This document shows, piece after piece, positions 36,796 to 50,423 of a DNA stretch of 64,000 bases; positions within the stretch are counted from its first letter, which is position 1, and every line of letters starts with the position of its first letter. Source of the stretch: Pseudogymnoascus verrucosus (taxonomy: Eukaryota); assembly GCA_001662655.1 (NCBI GenBank), contig KV460213.1, one strand, 5' to 3'. The notes below the pieces were generated by a model. The model worked only from the letters and a program-made list of their open reading frames with translations, had not been told where the DNA came from and made no database searches. A program made the translations under genes and the position numbers.

Positions 36796-39700
36796 TCGAC
36801 GATTACTGGGGGAGGTGTGGGATATGAAATCGGTGTGAACAGCAGACGTATAAACATGTGCATATTTTGATGCCCCTTTTTTTTCGCTTTGGGAAAGAAC
36901 ATAAATTTTCATGGAATGGGAGAGAAACACACGAGCTGGTCTGGATGGCTGAATGAATGGGAACAGGGTTATATACGATATGGCATGGAACAGGAGCAGG
37001 CTTTGGGGCTTGGAAAACCGGCATAGCAGTGCGCATTGATGGCTTGGGTGGGGGGGGAGTCATATAGCGGGCATATTTTCGGGGTTTGTGTTGTTCGTTT
37101 TTGAGGGTTTTGTTAGGTTGGAGTGGTGGGTTTGGGGGGGTAGATAGATGTATAGAGGTTATGGATTGTTCTCTCTGTGAGTGGGATGTATATGGTGGTT
37201 TTAGGAGTTTGTTGTGTGTTGTGTGTGTTGAGGGAATGTGGCACTAGATATGTCGGTGAATGAGTCGTACCCGCTTGAAGAATGCACGACTTCCTGTGCC
37301 GCTGTCAACCGCGTTCTTTGCGGTAACCCCGCCCCGAAAGTCTACAGATACCACATAGGAGCATTAAATGGAAAAGGGGTTGCATTTATTCCCGTGTATA
37401 CTACTACACCGAGTATATCGTTCGATGTTGTCAACGGCGGAAGTGTAAGAATTTACGGTTGTTACGGATGGGGATCGCTCACAGATTTGACTGGTACAGC
37501 ATCCACCCCCTTCCACCACCTCATCCGCTGATCACGACAATGATAGCACCGGCATCGAAGACATCGGCTCGAACCGGGAAATTACTCTTCCCGTCATCTT
37601 GGACGTTTTGAAACCAACAAGTACCTCCCGCGAGTAATTAAACACCTCGCATACCAACGCGCAGCGCCCATCACTCCACCAACCCTCCCCGCCATCTCTC
37701 CATAACCAGACAACTCTTCCAAATACCTGCTGTTCCATCCCACCTCCCTGCCGCCATCGACTAATCGACCTACAGCATCTATCTCCTCCCGCCCCTCTTA
37801 CCGGCGCGTCTCATCTCGCATCACATCGCAGCATGTCCATCGTTATATGAGACCCACAGCCGAACCATACCCACACCCACGGGTCGAGGGCGTCGCTATT
37901 ATAAGCTGCATTAGGGAGTGAAGTATGGGGTGTGGAGAGTGATGGCAGCAATGGTGGAGGGGTGAGAGGGGCCGTGGGTTGTGAGCCGGACTGTCGGATT
38001 TGGGGGGCGGCTGTTGGTTTGGAAGTGTTAGAATGTGACAGGTCGCTTTTAAGTCGTGTTAGAGGGAGATTTGAATCGGGATTTGGTGCTGATGCCAGGA
38101 ATGAGAGTGGAAGTCATGGCCGCGGAGATGAGGTTCCTGCCTGACGTCGCATCGGCCAGCTCCAGGGCTATGCGTGGAAGGCACCGTGGCTGTGACATGA
38201 CGGCGGTGATAGTGCCGCCGCCCACGACGGCGCAGCATCGTGCATCGCACCGGGCATAAGCGACGGGGTAACGTGACGATGTGGTACGCGATCAGCGTCG
38301 CATCGGTGAGATCATGTCCTGTTCCAACACTGGTATGCCGACACACCTCTCTGGTGGCAATCATACGCTGGCTCTGGGGGGGTTCTTCCTTCCATTCAAT
38401 GTCCATCATTTCATCTATCCATCGATCCTTTTCCTTCGCGGGTTGTCGGGACGTTTAATTTCCCTCCACTCACTCTGCCCATCCTCTTCTCGGTACCAGT
38501 CGTTGTCTCTCTCGCATCTGTACGTACCCCGTACCTCGCACCGCACCGTCGCACCGTGCCGAGTGCTAACAGAAACTAAACGTCCCTAACTCCACGGCCA
38601 ACTCTCAACTCCTCAACCTAACCATCCCACCTGATCACCGCTCGTCCCTCTTGGCCCTCACCCTCATTCCATCCCACCGCCCACGCGCCTCCTACCCTCA
38701 TCTCATCTACCGCGACTAAGCACGGTGATATACCGAGGTATGCCCTAACCAGGCACCCGGTGGGAAGGGATCACCGCTAGCGCGCGCACCGAGCACTTGG
38801 TTCGGGTCGCCAGCCACTGTGTAGCGGGGGGGGTGTGCACTGGGGATACGACGGTGGTGGGTGTGTGGGAAGTTCCTAAATTTACTGCTTCTTGCCAAGG
38901 AGTAGGTAATGGTGAGCAGATTACGCAGGGGTGGCTTAGGGGAGAACCAGGTTATAGGGGTCTGACTCCCTGTGGGGGGGTTGTTGTGTTCGTGCATCTC
39001 CATGCATCTCCGGGCTCGGACTCGGACTTCGTCGTCAATCTCTGGAGAAGGGAAGGATAGGTGGGAGGGAGTGTGTGATGGGACGAGATAACACCAATAT
39101 GTCGTAATCGCCCTCCCCCAACGGCACAACGTTATCATCCCGCCCGTTACAACAAGAGTCACCCAGTTACCAGTCAGTCCCTCCACGTTACAGAAAAACA
39201 AAGGTGAAATATATATTGCACGAAAAACCCGCAAATATACACCGCCCCCGTCCGTCCGTCCCTTCCCAGTACACCAAATAGTGAGGTAAGTAAAGTAAAG
39301 TAACTCCCCCCCCACGCCCGGTCCCGACAAAACCCCCTGTCGTACTCCAATATCCATGCCCCCCCATCGCGATACCACCCACCCAGCACAGCAACCCGTG
39401 TCCCTGTCGGCGGTGTGTGCTCCCCCTGTCATCGCGCTGTTTACCAGAACGTGCCCGAACGTGCCCTCTCCCAAGTCCCCCTCTCCGTTCCATCCATGTG
39501 TGTCGTCCCACTTTGTCGTCGTCACACGCCTGATTTGCGACCCGGTTTCCACTCGGTGTGTTTCCGAGGGGAAAGTAAAATTTGGGAGAGAAAAAAAATT
39601 GCTTTGACTCCCGAGGTTTACGAGGAAGTAAAATTTGGTGGGGGGGGATATTGCACCGCCGCTCGTTGTTGTAGTTGTTGTTGTCCCATGTTGTTGTTCG

Positions 39701-39874
39701 CCTGTTTTTCGCCGTGTTGCTCCTGTTTTGCTCCTGTTTGATGATGGTGTATTGTTTTGCGTATGTGAATGGGTATAGGTATAGGGATATGTAACCAAAT
39801 CTAGCCGCTCGATTTTATCGTATATGTATCATTGTATCGTATGTGTAATCTTATGTCCGTCGTATATGTCCTTC

Positions 39875-40431
39875 CTATGCTACCAGTGCCGGTGAGTGAT
39901 GCCGGTGATGTGAGTGTTGTTGGTGAAGTGGTGAGAGGATGGTCCGCCGGTGGTCTGCCCATTTCATGGATGGAGGGCATTTGATGGATGATGGGCTCTT
40001 CCAGACGGGGCGAGGAGGTGGCTGTTGGCGCCATACACGGCTGAGGCGGCGTTGGGTGAGGATGGGGATCTTGAGGGCTTCCATCCAGGGCGCTTCGACG
40101 GCGGGGCGGCAGGGACCGCAGGCGTAGCTGCTTGGGGGATGTAAGTGTTTTGTTATTGAGGTAGATATAGGAAGAGATATATAGAAGGTGGGATGTGGAG
40201 GTGAAAACTGTAGAGAGGGATGTGGAAGTAAGACCTGCGAACAGAGAACCACAAAATGGAACGACGGCCGCCGAAGTGAGAACTGCGAATAAACACACAA
40301 ACATACCGTTTCTCATACGCAACAACATACACCTTGCACCGGACGTGCGTCCTCTCATACGTCTCGCACCACGCCCGCACCGTGAATACACGATGTCCGC
40401 ACTTGTAACGGACCTGTGTAAACGGACACAT
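39875..40431 (-). CDS. Small Cys/His-rich fungal protein (putative zinc-binding)
   Basis: Exon 1 (40431-40307) MCPFTQVRYKCGHRVFTVRAWCETYERTHVRCKVYVVAYEKR; intron from GTATGT at 40306; exon 2 (S)YACGPCRPAVEAPWME... ends at stop 39875. Confidence 0.7.
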
Positions 40432-43400
40432 CTTGTTGGCGATATCTCCCTCCGTCTGTCTTGCGTCTGTACGCGTCAAATCAAGTCTTGCTCTCCCAGC
40501 AAGAAAGAAGTGCAAGCGTGCGTTCGAATTTCCGTTATAGTCAATATCTCCGTCGTCGAACCAGTAAAGACAAGTCGACAGCAGTATATCTCGTTACTGC
40601 AATCAGCACATTCGTTCGATCGATCGTCCGTTATCTATCTCACTCCCCTCCTCAAGAAGTGTGCGAACCCCCCTCTATTCATATCCACCCTCCCCCCCGG
40701 CCACCCCATCCGCATCAGCACATCATCCCCCTCCTCCACTTCCAGCCTGTCTCGACGCTGTCTATCCCATCCCCCCTCGCCCGCTCCCATCCAGCCCGCC
40801 CCGATCGCCCAGCCAGTGCATCCACACGCCCGGTCTGTTGGGCCCTTGAGACCCCTGATCCCCGTCCTGCGCCGCTGTGCCGTGCGGTAGAGTACGCTCC
40901 CAGATGTACTGTAGAGTACGGTATGGACAAGGGTCTGCCCGCCCCGCAGCGAGTGGCGTGTGTGTGTGTGTGTCTCTTAGAGGGCATTTTCTGACATCTG
41001 ACGAGTCCCAGAGCGGGGGGCGGGTGGTGGGCAGTACGGCGGTAGTCCTGTAGGTACAGTCAGTACTCTGAGGAGGCTAGGGGGGATCGCTGGGGAACTG
41101 CTGGGAATTGTGGGAACTTGGTGGTGTCATGGTGCGGCGTTAGAGTGTGGTAGTATAGCGGTATTAGCTGGTTTCTTGGTACCTAGCGCTGTAAATCTTA
41201 CGCTACAGGAACGGGGGGTACAGGGTGTTTGTGGGCGAGGGGTGGGTGAGGGTGGGATCGAACCCGGGGAACGGGGGACGGTCGGGGTTTGCTACTGGTG
41301 GAACCAGCGCATTGGAGGATATCATGATGGGGAAGAGAGAGGCTTGAGGGGCTTGAGAGGCTCGAGACGGGGATATGAGGCAGGGTTGGTATATTTGGGA
41401 ATACCGAGTTTGGTAACGGGTAACGAGTAATCGTCGTCGGTGAAGCGAGTAGTAGGGTTTAACAATTAATTAAAGGGTGGCATAGAAGGAGGTTATTGGA
41501 GGCTGTGGAAGAGGAAGTCAGTGGTGTTGTCGCTGTCGCTGTCACCGTCACTGTCACTGTCAACAACTGTAGTTGTGATAGTGGCATGGGAGATTACTGT
41601 TCTCGTATACAACATCGTATACAGCATCGCATACAACAAGATACTCTCTCGTACAGTGAAAAGTCAGATTACGATGGACACTCTCAAGATGCACGCTCAA
41701 ATCCAAGCAACGAGGCGTCCAAACATCCAACATCCCGCATCAAAGATTCCAAATACCCAGATACCCGGAACCATCTGTACTCGAGTACATTCAGGAAAAC
41801 ACCACAGGAATCTGATCAGTCTCTGCGCCACTCACGGAACCGATCTCTCCCGGCCATCGCATCTCATCTCATCGCCATCGCCATCGCCATCTCCATCGTC
41901 TTGCTTCTGCGCGCGCGCCGACCTGCGCCGACCTGCATCGATCGCCAGCGCCCAGACCATCGCCTGTCTCTGCGTCCTCACACACCTCATGCAGCATCCA
42001 GGAAGCGTCAACAACAAGCATCACAGCGCACACCCGTCCTAAGACCTACGCCAGCCCTGTGCTGCTGCAGAAGCCACTATCCAGCAGGGGAACATCACCA
42101 GTCCACCAGCACCAGAAGCTATGACACTTCGTGCCTCGACAGCGGCACGCCAGCGCTGCATGTCTTGCATCCTACCCACTGACCAGTTCACCTCTACCCA
42201 CCGTCTCGGCGCCTCAGGACGCTTTCGATCGCGTGTGCATATATCGCGCCGATCTGTCTCCTAAACGGGCCGCAGCGTCCCCACGACGGTACAGCCGCCG
42301 CTGCAGAGTCTGAGAGGCTGGCCTATCTGGGTCGCCGTCTCGAGGGCCGCTGCTGTTTTGGGGGAGGAGACGACGGCTTCATGCAGGACTCACTGCGATG
42401 GGATAGGGGAGACAATAGTTTGTGGGGAGCGAAGGGTGGGATGAGACACTCTTGTCTCGCTCTTTGCACACAGATTCCATCAATACGGTACTGTGCGCAG
42501 GTGTTCCACGTGTGTACCTTGGTCGATGTTTCTAAGGATACTACACTGCGCTGCTACTACTCTCGTCGTCGCCGTGTCTGGTGATGTTACCATCGCCAAA
42601 CGGCAGCCATGCCCCTCCATCCCATCTCCCCTCACCCGCCCACCTCGCACCCAAGACACGGCGCCCTCCCCTAATTCGTCCGCTACCAGACACCAGCTCT
42701 CCTCCCCGCCGCCTCCCTACGCACGCCGACAGATCGGGAACGCAGCCTTCCCATTCCGAGACGACGGCAGCGCCTAGGCACTACGCGGGGACCCGGCCGA
42801 TCCCCCGCCGTTGCATGCATCGAAACCTACTTACCTCTTTCGGTCGCTACAGAACTGTAGACGACCTAGCTACCTAGTTACCTGTGTTCCCTGGCTGTGG
42901 CCCGCTGCCGCGGAGCCGACGCCGTGCTACTGTGCACCACTGACTCGGGCGGGTATGATGCGCACCTGTCGATGGGCGGAGCTAGGGGTTTGGCCTGCGG
43001 GGACTGGGACGGGAAGAGGTGGGTACGGATTGCACGTACTATGGGGATTTTACTGTAATAGTGCTGCAGAATAGGTGGTGGCGGCTGCGTGTCTCAGTGT
43101 CTCAGGAGAGAGACAATACTGTCTACTGGACGAGACAGAAAGTTGTCCTGTCTCTTGTCCTGTCTAGCACTGCAACGGCAGTTACTGGTGCTGGAGAAAA
43201 GCAAGGAAAAGACAGATGCAGCACGAAACGATGTCTCGTCCTGCCAGGTTTTCCCCTTTCGACCCCCCTGAGCTGCGCGTCGGGGTTTGCGTTGCGTCCT
43301 GTATCTGTATACTCCTTCCTGTCCGGTCGTGCCTGTACAGTACAGTACATACAACAATACTGCAAGAAGGTAAGTACCACCCAGCAATTTTTCTGCAAGT

Positions 43401-44158
43401 AAACAACAGCGACAACAACAATACCAACGGGACGATCTATCGCTGCGAGGGATATCAAACATCACTCCACTATCTCGTCCACGACTCGTAAGGTACAGTA
43501 CATCAATCCAGCACATCACAGCAATCAATCAGTAAACACCCCCTCCATCCCTCGTACCCACCACCACCCCTCTCCCCACCACAATCCCCATCGTCCCATC
43601 TTCCCACCCATCCATCCAGCGGCTCCCCCTCCCCCCTCCCCCTTCACCGTCGAAACGCCTCGTCCCGTCTTCAGCCACACAGGCTCCTAAAATACGCCTC
43701 AACACGGCAGCCGGCACTGTCGCCGTCCGCTTCGTCCCGTGTCTGTTCCTGGCATGCGGCGGCGACGCTGGTGATCTCCACCTCACACCACCTCCCTCCA
43801 ATACAATACAGCATAGTACAGTACAGTACCTTTTCTCGCCAGCTGGTAAATTCCACACAGCCGGGCGTGCCGGGGACTGCGATGGCGGCTGTGGCTGCGC
43901 GGCAGGCAGATTGGTGGTTGGTTGCGAGGTTGCAGTGCATAGTGGGAGATCAGGGGGAATGAGGGTTTACAAGGGGGGCTATGCGAGATGGGGCGAAGAG
44001 GGAGACGCGTTGATTCAGAGCGGTGTATGATACAGTACTTTATGAAGACGATGCGACGTCGGTGAGGGCGACGCATGGTGGCAACGACTCTGGAGAGATG
44101 AAAAGAGGAACAGTTGCGAGATCTCAGCTTCCCCAGGTTCGCAGGCTACTGAGACATG

Positions 44159-44200
44159 CAGTAGTAATCAGTAGTAATCAGTGGTAATCAGTAGTAATCA
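44159..44200. repeat. 10-bp tandem repeat x4 (CAGTAGTAAT)
   Basis: Direct inspection of the sequence. Confidence 0.9.
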
Positions 44201-44357
44201 CGCCAAGCAGGTGGTTTGAACATCTTCATCATTTCCCTTTCTACCGATCCAGCTCATCCGTCCTAGCCAGTGAAACGCCTATAATCCGTGGGAAACTAAA
44301 CGCCTTGAATAAAACTCCTCTCCCGTCCTTCACATGTCCGGGTATATGGCACCCCTT

Positions 44358-46706
44358 TCACACCTTCACCCTTGGCTCCCGGATACGCCTCTTCGGCGCC
44401 GGCGTCCCATTCACACCCATCCCGAGCGCGATCTTGCTCTCCCTCGAACTCGCCATCCCGACCCTGACCTTGGTCGCCTTCTCCTCCTTATCTTCCTCAA
44501 CCACTACGGTCTTCTTCTTCGTAGCCCCTTTGGGCCCAGCAATACTCTTAGAAATAATCTTCTTCTCGTCAAATTCCCTCACACATGTCAATTCCTCCGC
44601 CCATACGACTGCCTTCTTCGGCTTTCCCCCCTTCCCTTTCTTCTCCTTGTCATCAAACACCTCCTTCAGCAACCGCTGCCTCAAGACAGGGTCATCCTTC
44701 TCCTCCGCTTTCTTTGCCAGCAACTCCATGGCGCCTAGTGCACCAGCCTTATTCTTCCTTGTATTTACCCGCGTCAGCGCAGCGAGCTCCTTCACCTCAT
44801 TCTTCCCCCCAAGTGTGAGCGTTGTATCCTCTCCCCCAAGCCTCCTCATTGGAATAAAACTAGGTGCGCCCGGCGCCGCTGATTTAACAGGGAGTCTTGT
44901 GCGGCCGCTCCGGCGAATACTCTGCGGTTCCGTCGGCTCGTCACCCGGCGCCGACGAGTTAAGTCGCTTCGACCGCTTAACAGGCGAACTCGACGTCGGG
45001 TCGACGGGCTCTTTCGAAGCGGTCTTTACGGGGGAGGGGGAGAGGTTGCTATCCATATCCCCCAGTGGGATGCGCAGCGGAGAGTGTGGGGAGCGCTTGC
45101 GTTTCGGTGAAGATTTGGAAGCTTTTGAGGCTTGCACGCGGGTGAGGAAGGAGCGGAGCATGTCGGTGTCGTCGTGATCGTAGTCTACCGCCGGGGGGGT
45201 GAAGGATGCGGACTCGGCAGACTCAGCGCTCTCGTGAGAGTCGGCGGACTCACTTGACTCGGATGGGCTGTCCGAGTGGGTGGCGTCCTCAGTGTGCTCG
45301 AAGACGGGTTGCTCGGGCTGGGTGGGAGAAGTGTTGTCAGCTTCTGCTGGCTCTGGGTCCTCAGAGGCATCGTTGGCCTCCGCGTCCGTTGCTTCCTGTT
45401 CTTCTGATGTAATATCTGTAGCACTCGTAACATTCTCTTCATGTTCCACAGGTATTTCTTGAGCATCATCGGTGCTTGGGGCGTCACTCTCAGAAGTGGC
45501 AGGTTCTGTGGAAGCTTCGTCCTTTTGCTCTTGACCTTGCTCTACATCACCAGTCCCAGTAGAAATGTGATCATCAGCCAATGCCAGGCACTCTTCCGTC
45601 TCCTTCTCTAAAGGCTCCAGAGGTAGCGATTTCTTTTCCAGAAGCTCCTGAAGATAGCTTTTGATAGGAGATGAGCGCCTCTTCACCTTCTTCATCTTCG
45701 CGATAGGGGTGAAGAAGTTAACCATTTGATTCTCGAGTTCGCTCCTGCTGAGATGGACCTTGGGAGGGGCGGTAGCTGGTACTGCTGTAGCCTTTGCCGC
45801 ACGAACAGGGGTTCCCATAACCCCTGCATTATCTGTGCTGGGTCCATTGGGTGCTGAGCTTTCGTTATCAGCACCAGCGAAAAAGGCTCCAGAGAGCCTA
45901 AGGTCCCCTCCAGCGCTTGACCTCTGTTCTTTCGCGGCGCGCGACCTCTGTTTCTTTCCGGGAGATTTTAAAGGTGATCGAATCACTGGCGAAAAGACTT
46001 CCAGCATTGAGACTTCGTTCGCTAGGTCGAAATCCGGAGTGATTTTCGGAGATTCGGTCTGAGGGGGGATTGTAACAGCTTCGGTGTCAATAAGCATCGA
46101 TCTCCTCAGGCTCTTTCGTAGGGATTTCCGCGGCCGCGTAGCTCTCTTAATGGCGCCTTCGGGTGATATCTGCAGCGGCTCGGATTGTGCTTGTATGTTG
46201 AGTTTGGTTTGGCGGAGGGACTTCTTTGGCGAGACGACCTTGTTGTCATTCCTCCTTTTCCTCGGTACAAACTTCAGGTCGTCTTGTATCGAGCTTTCGT
46301 CATCTCCAGCGTGTGCCGCACTTTCAACAGCAGTGCTGATCTCGTCTGGGAAGCCCTCCCATTCTGTGCCATCCCACTCCGCATCCCTTATGTTCTGTTT
46401 CGCGCTGGTTGCCCGCGACTTCTTCCTCGATCCCGTGCCCTCCTTTTGTAATTCCAGCTGTGCCTCCTCGTCGTTTGTATCTTTCTCAAAGGCTCGCGCA
46501 ACCTTCTTCCAGACCTTCTTGCCGTGTAGTCGAGGGGCACGTGAGGGCACCTTCGCGCGGTCCCAAGCTCGAAGAGCTCCGCGATTCGTAGGGGGTAGAA
46601 ATGCAGACTTGCTGATATTCCTAATTCATTATAAGCAATCATTGTGGTCACAATGAGGTAGTAGTACATACCAGTCTTGCAGGTTAGGACCCTCCGACGC
46701 AGCCAT
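44358..46706 (-). CDS. Conserved fungal hypothetical protein, largely disordered
   Basis: ATG 46706 MAASEGPNLQDW; a short intron (GTATGT..TAG) joins it in frame to the 730-aa ORF. Conserved-looking blocks DDTDMLRSFLTRVQASK and ELAALTRVNTRKNK. Confidence 0.8.
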
Positions 46707-46817
46707 TGTCGCTGCTATTCTGCTCGTCAAAACTGATAGTTTAGAACATAAAATCGGGGGTTCAAAGTTCGCAAATATAGAAGGAATATAATTAAATCCT
46801 TCGTTCCCTCAAAGTAC

Positions 46818-46823
46818 ACGCGT
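46818..46823. promoter_or_regulatory. MCB-like box (ACGCGT) in a divergent promoter
   Basis: ACGCGT(CAAAA) ~110 bp upstream of ATG 46706. Confidence 0.35.
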
Positions 46824-47117
46824 CAAAACCGCATCAAAGTCGTAAATTAAGGATAAGTCCCGTTGAGAACAATACTCTGTCTGTTATCGACTGGGAGTTT
46901 CTTCGTTTGTTTACATCCACCACTTCTTTCGGCAGCGCACCGGCCAACCGCTATCCCAAGTACGCACTAGCGTCACCGAGGTGTTTGTGCCTGAGTTTGT
47001 GCCTGATTGATCCTCGAAAGTTTTTGGGGGACCAATTGGGACGACATTCCTCGCGACCGTTCGAGATCTCTCAGCATTCGCCCTCAAGAGAAACAGTTTG
47101 TCTGAGGATTTTCCAAG

Positions 47118-47565
47118 ATGCCGCCAAAGAAAGTAGCTGTGCCGAAAGCGGTAGCAACCCGTCTGCCACCTCTGCCAAAGCTTCGTGTCAAGAGGCCGAA
47201 TCAGAACAATAACAACCCTTGCTTGGGAATCATGACTTCTGTTCTCAGTAGGTCTCCCCAGAACCAAATATCCTTGTAGCTAAGGGCAAACCGAGCAAGT
47301 TGCTAACGGAAATCTACAATAGCTTGCTGGGCTTCTTCGGGGTACAGCGTGGCGGGCTGCAGCGCTTTAGAGACATCACTGCGCGTATGCATGGACACAC
47401 CGGTAAGTTACTCCAGATTTCGCAGGATAGGGTGCACGCCGAGATGGGATAGAGAGCTAATAAATTATGCGATTACAGAGATCGAAGGATTTGAAGAAGA
47501 ACACCATCAACTACCATTTGTCGAGAATGTACCCCCAGATTGTCGGACCGAGGAAGAGGAAGTGA
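47118..47565 (+). CDS. MRP10: Mitochondrial small ribosomal subunit protein mS37 (Mrp10), twin CX9C
   Basis: Three exons give MPPKKVAVPKAVATRLPPLPKLRVKRPNQNNNNPCLGIMTSVLTCWASSGYSVAGCSALETSLRVCMDTPRSKDLKKNTINYHLSRMYPQIVGPRKRK*. Confidence 0.9.
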
Positions 47566-48115
47566 AGGGAGCGCAGGACGCGGCGGAAGATGTGAAGCTA
47601 CTGTATATCAGGATGAGGAGAGCCGGAGGAGTGCAAGCACGATTTCGAAAGAGCCTACGGAGGGAAATACTTGTATATTGGGAGCCACTGTTGTAGGATA
47701 CGGCATGAGTGCATTGGCGGCGTATTGGGATTTGGGAAGACTGTATATGTATACCAGAGCAAATGGAGGAATATCAAACAAGAACAAGAAGCAACTATTG
47801 CATTAGAGTTATGAAGTGATCGGCTTGAGGAAACCGGGAGGGGTGTATCTTGGATGCGGCAACCTATACTTCGCGGCGATCCTAAGGAACCACTCAATCG
47901 GCCATTGAAGGTCAAAACTCAGGAGAATGCAGGACGGACAACTGCAACGATAGCTGCATCTTTCTGGTACAATACTTTGGCCAGCAAGCGGTACATTCGT
48001 AGAAATCAAACTTCACGTTTTGTGTCACGTGACATATATAAATTACCTTGAACCGCTGAAGCCCTTCAGGGTATCCGCCATCACAGACAGCGGCCAACCA
48101 GCCACAACCGCCCCA

Positions 48116-49601
48116 ATGCCAAAGCCCCTTTTCCTCACGCGGCCTCTGGACTCCCCCCACCAGTCCCTCCTCTACCTCTTCATAGCATATAAGTCCCTAG
48201 TCCTCTTAATCGCCCTCTTCAGCCCTGGCCCCGGTTACGATACATCTGCCAGCCTTCTCACCCTCCCTGTCAACGATGGCTCATCCCTGACCACCTTTTT
48301 CGAGCTTGTTGCTGAGAAACTGACATCCTGGGATGCCATCTACTTTACCACAGTTGCGAGACGCGGCTATCTCTATGAGCAAGAATGGGCATTTGCATGG
48401 GGCTGGACGAACTTGATATCCTTTTTCTCCTCCGGTAGGCCTCTCTCCATATATATCCCCATTTACGAACTAACGCCCCACAGATCTCGGCCAGACCTCC
48501 CTCGCATACCTCCCACTTGAAAGTCTTGTAGGTGCCACCATCGCCCATGCCTCCCACGGCCTCTCGGTCTTCGCGCTCTACCACCTAGCCTGCGCCATCT
48601 TTCCTGGCCCATCTGGGCCACAGCTAGCTTTTATCGCTGGATGCCTGCACATCCTCTCACCGGCCGGGATCTTTCTCTCCGCTCCGTGCGGTGAGAGCAC
48701 TGCTGCATTTTTGACCTTTGCCGGGGTTCTGTTTTTTGCCTGGGGTGTGCCTGTCGGTGGTGTGTCGTCGGTGAGGCAGGATGGGTTCGTGGTGCTTGCG
48801 GGTGTGACGCTGGGGTTGGCAACCACTGTGAGGAGCAATGCGCTGCTAAACGGCATTGTTTTTGCAGAGGAGGCGGTGCTAGTTGCCTGGAGTGTTACAA
48901 AGGGGTTGACGGTCCAGAAAATCAGACGATTGGCTGCTGTAGGAGCTGGTGGATGTTGCATTGCTGTCGGTTTCTTGCTACCACAGTACATTGCGTACCA
49001 AGAATACTGCTCTTCCGCCTCACCCCGGCCGTGGTGCGCGAGCTTGGCTCCTAGTATTTACACTTTTGTGCAGGAACACTACTGGTATGTCTCTACTTTG
49101 TCTCCTCCGTATCCAGGTGCTAACACGAATGGTAGGGACGTGGGCTTCCTCCGCTACTGGAAAGTATCCAACATTCCGCTCTTCCTTCTTGCGGCGCCGG
49201 CCCTCATGATTCTTTTATCCTCCGGTCTCCGCACAGCAGACCTCACATCAAGGGAAACCACCAGACCCTCGCACAAGGTTGACCACTACAAAGTGACTCC
49301 GACCGAACGCGCCCTCTCACAACGCACGATCCGCCTGCTCAGGAGTCTGGCGTATCCACAGATTGTTCTCGCAGTGCTCGCGATCACCAATTACCATGTC
49401 CAGATTATTACGCGCCTAGCATCTGCTTCGCCCGTGTGGTATTTGTGGCTGGCATATAGCTTACTAGACGCTGGACAGGTTGAGGGGAAGGCGAAAGTAA
49501 GAAGTAGGTGTAGCGGTTGGGAAAGGGGTGTGGTTATGTACATGGTCATGTATGGACTCATCCAGGCGGTTCTGTTTGCATCGTTCCTTCCGCCTGCATA
49601 G
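48116..49601 (+). CDS. GPI18: GPI mannosyltransferase 2 (PIG-V)
   Basis: Motifs PGPGYDTS, LTSWDAIYF, GYLYEQEWAF, RSNALL, SIYTFVQEHYW|DVGFLRYWKVSNIPLFLLA, HVQIITRL and LFASFLPPA. Introns 48435-48483 and 49085-49135. Confidence 0.92.
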
Positions 49602-50423
49602 CGTATTTAGGTTAACGGCTCTGTGAGAGCCTTCTATTTTTGTACTATCAAATATAAATAGTGTTTCTCAGTCTCTGTTTCTACTTATGATTGATTTAGG
49701 CTGCCGGATACTTGTTTTGCTCATTTTGTGAGCGGATGGTAGGTAATTCTTGCCAATAAACTGGCGTTCAAAGTTCAACCCGGTTCAACCAACGACAACA
49801 AACACCAAAACTCTTCACACCTTTATCAAACATGTCTTTGTCCATGTTTCTTGTACGGTCGTTATCAAACTAAACATAAAGCATAGTCAAGACCGTTTCC
49901 GCGCTTGCCTGCCTCACGCTACTTTCTTTGTTCAATATGCATGTAGCCCCGAAACAACGTAACAGGAGCCTACCTTTCATGAATTGCTAGTTTACTCTCC
50001 GCGCCAACTTTAATACCGTTGTTGATTTTGGCCACTACCGTTCAGGTTGCTGTTGGGCCTCAATTTACCACGAACACGGGAGTCTAGTGTTTAGGTCTGT
50101 TTCTCAGATCTCTGAGGTCTATTCAAACTTTTCTACAAGAATCCTTTGTTGGCCTTGCTTACTCCGATCTCCCAAATACCCAGCCTAGGTCGGCTGGATA
50201 GACCTCTTACAAAATCCTTCCCAGAACTCCAGTACTAATCTCATGCTCGTCTCGCTTGCACTTCTTCGACCGGATCAGCCACCAAGATTTTGACGCCCTG
50301 GTATTTCACACTTGGGCGTCTTCTACGAATCTTTCTGCCAAAAGGTGGCACTGAAGGCTGAAGGTATTCTCCCAAAGAGCAGTTCAGTCTAGATTGAAAG
50401 TGCCACTTATTTCACGCCCAGAT

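Noticed and set aside
38743..38813. CCCTAACC plus a small three-way-junction-like fold
   Set aside because: Short GC-rich stems and an 8-nt match are consistent with chance.
38716..39798. 360-aa minus-strand ORF
   Set aside because: Non-ATG start, low-complexity UTR-like sequence and no domain; probably the 3' UTR of the small Cys-rich gene.
41110..44076. Several 60-230-aa ORFs
   Set aside because: Derived from microsatellite or low-complexity sequence, with no coding bias or motifs.
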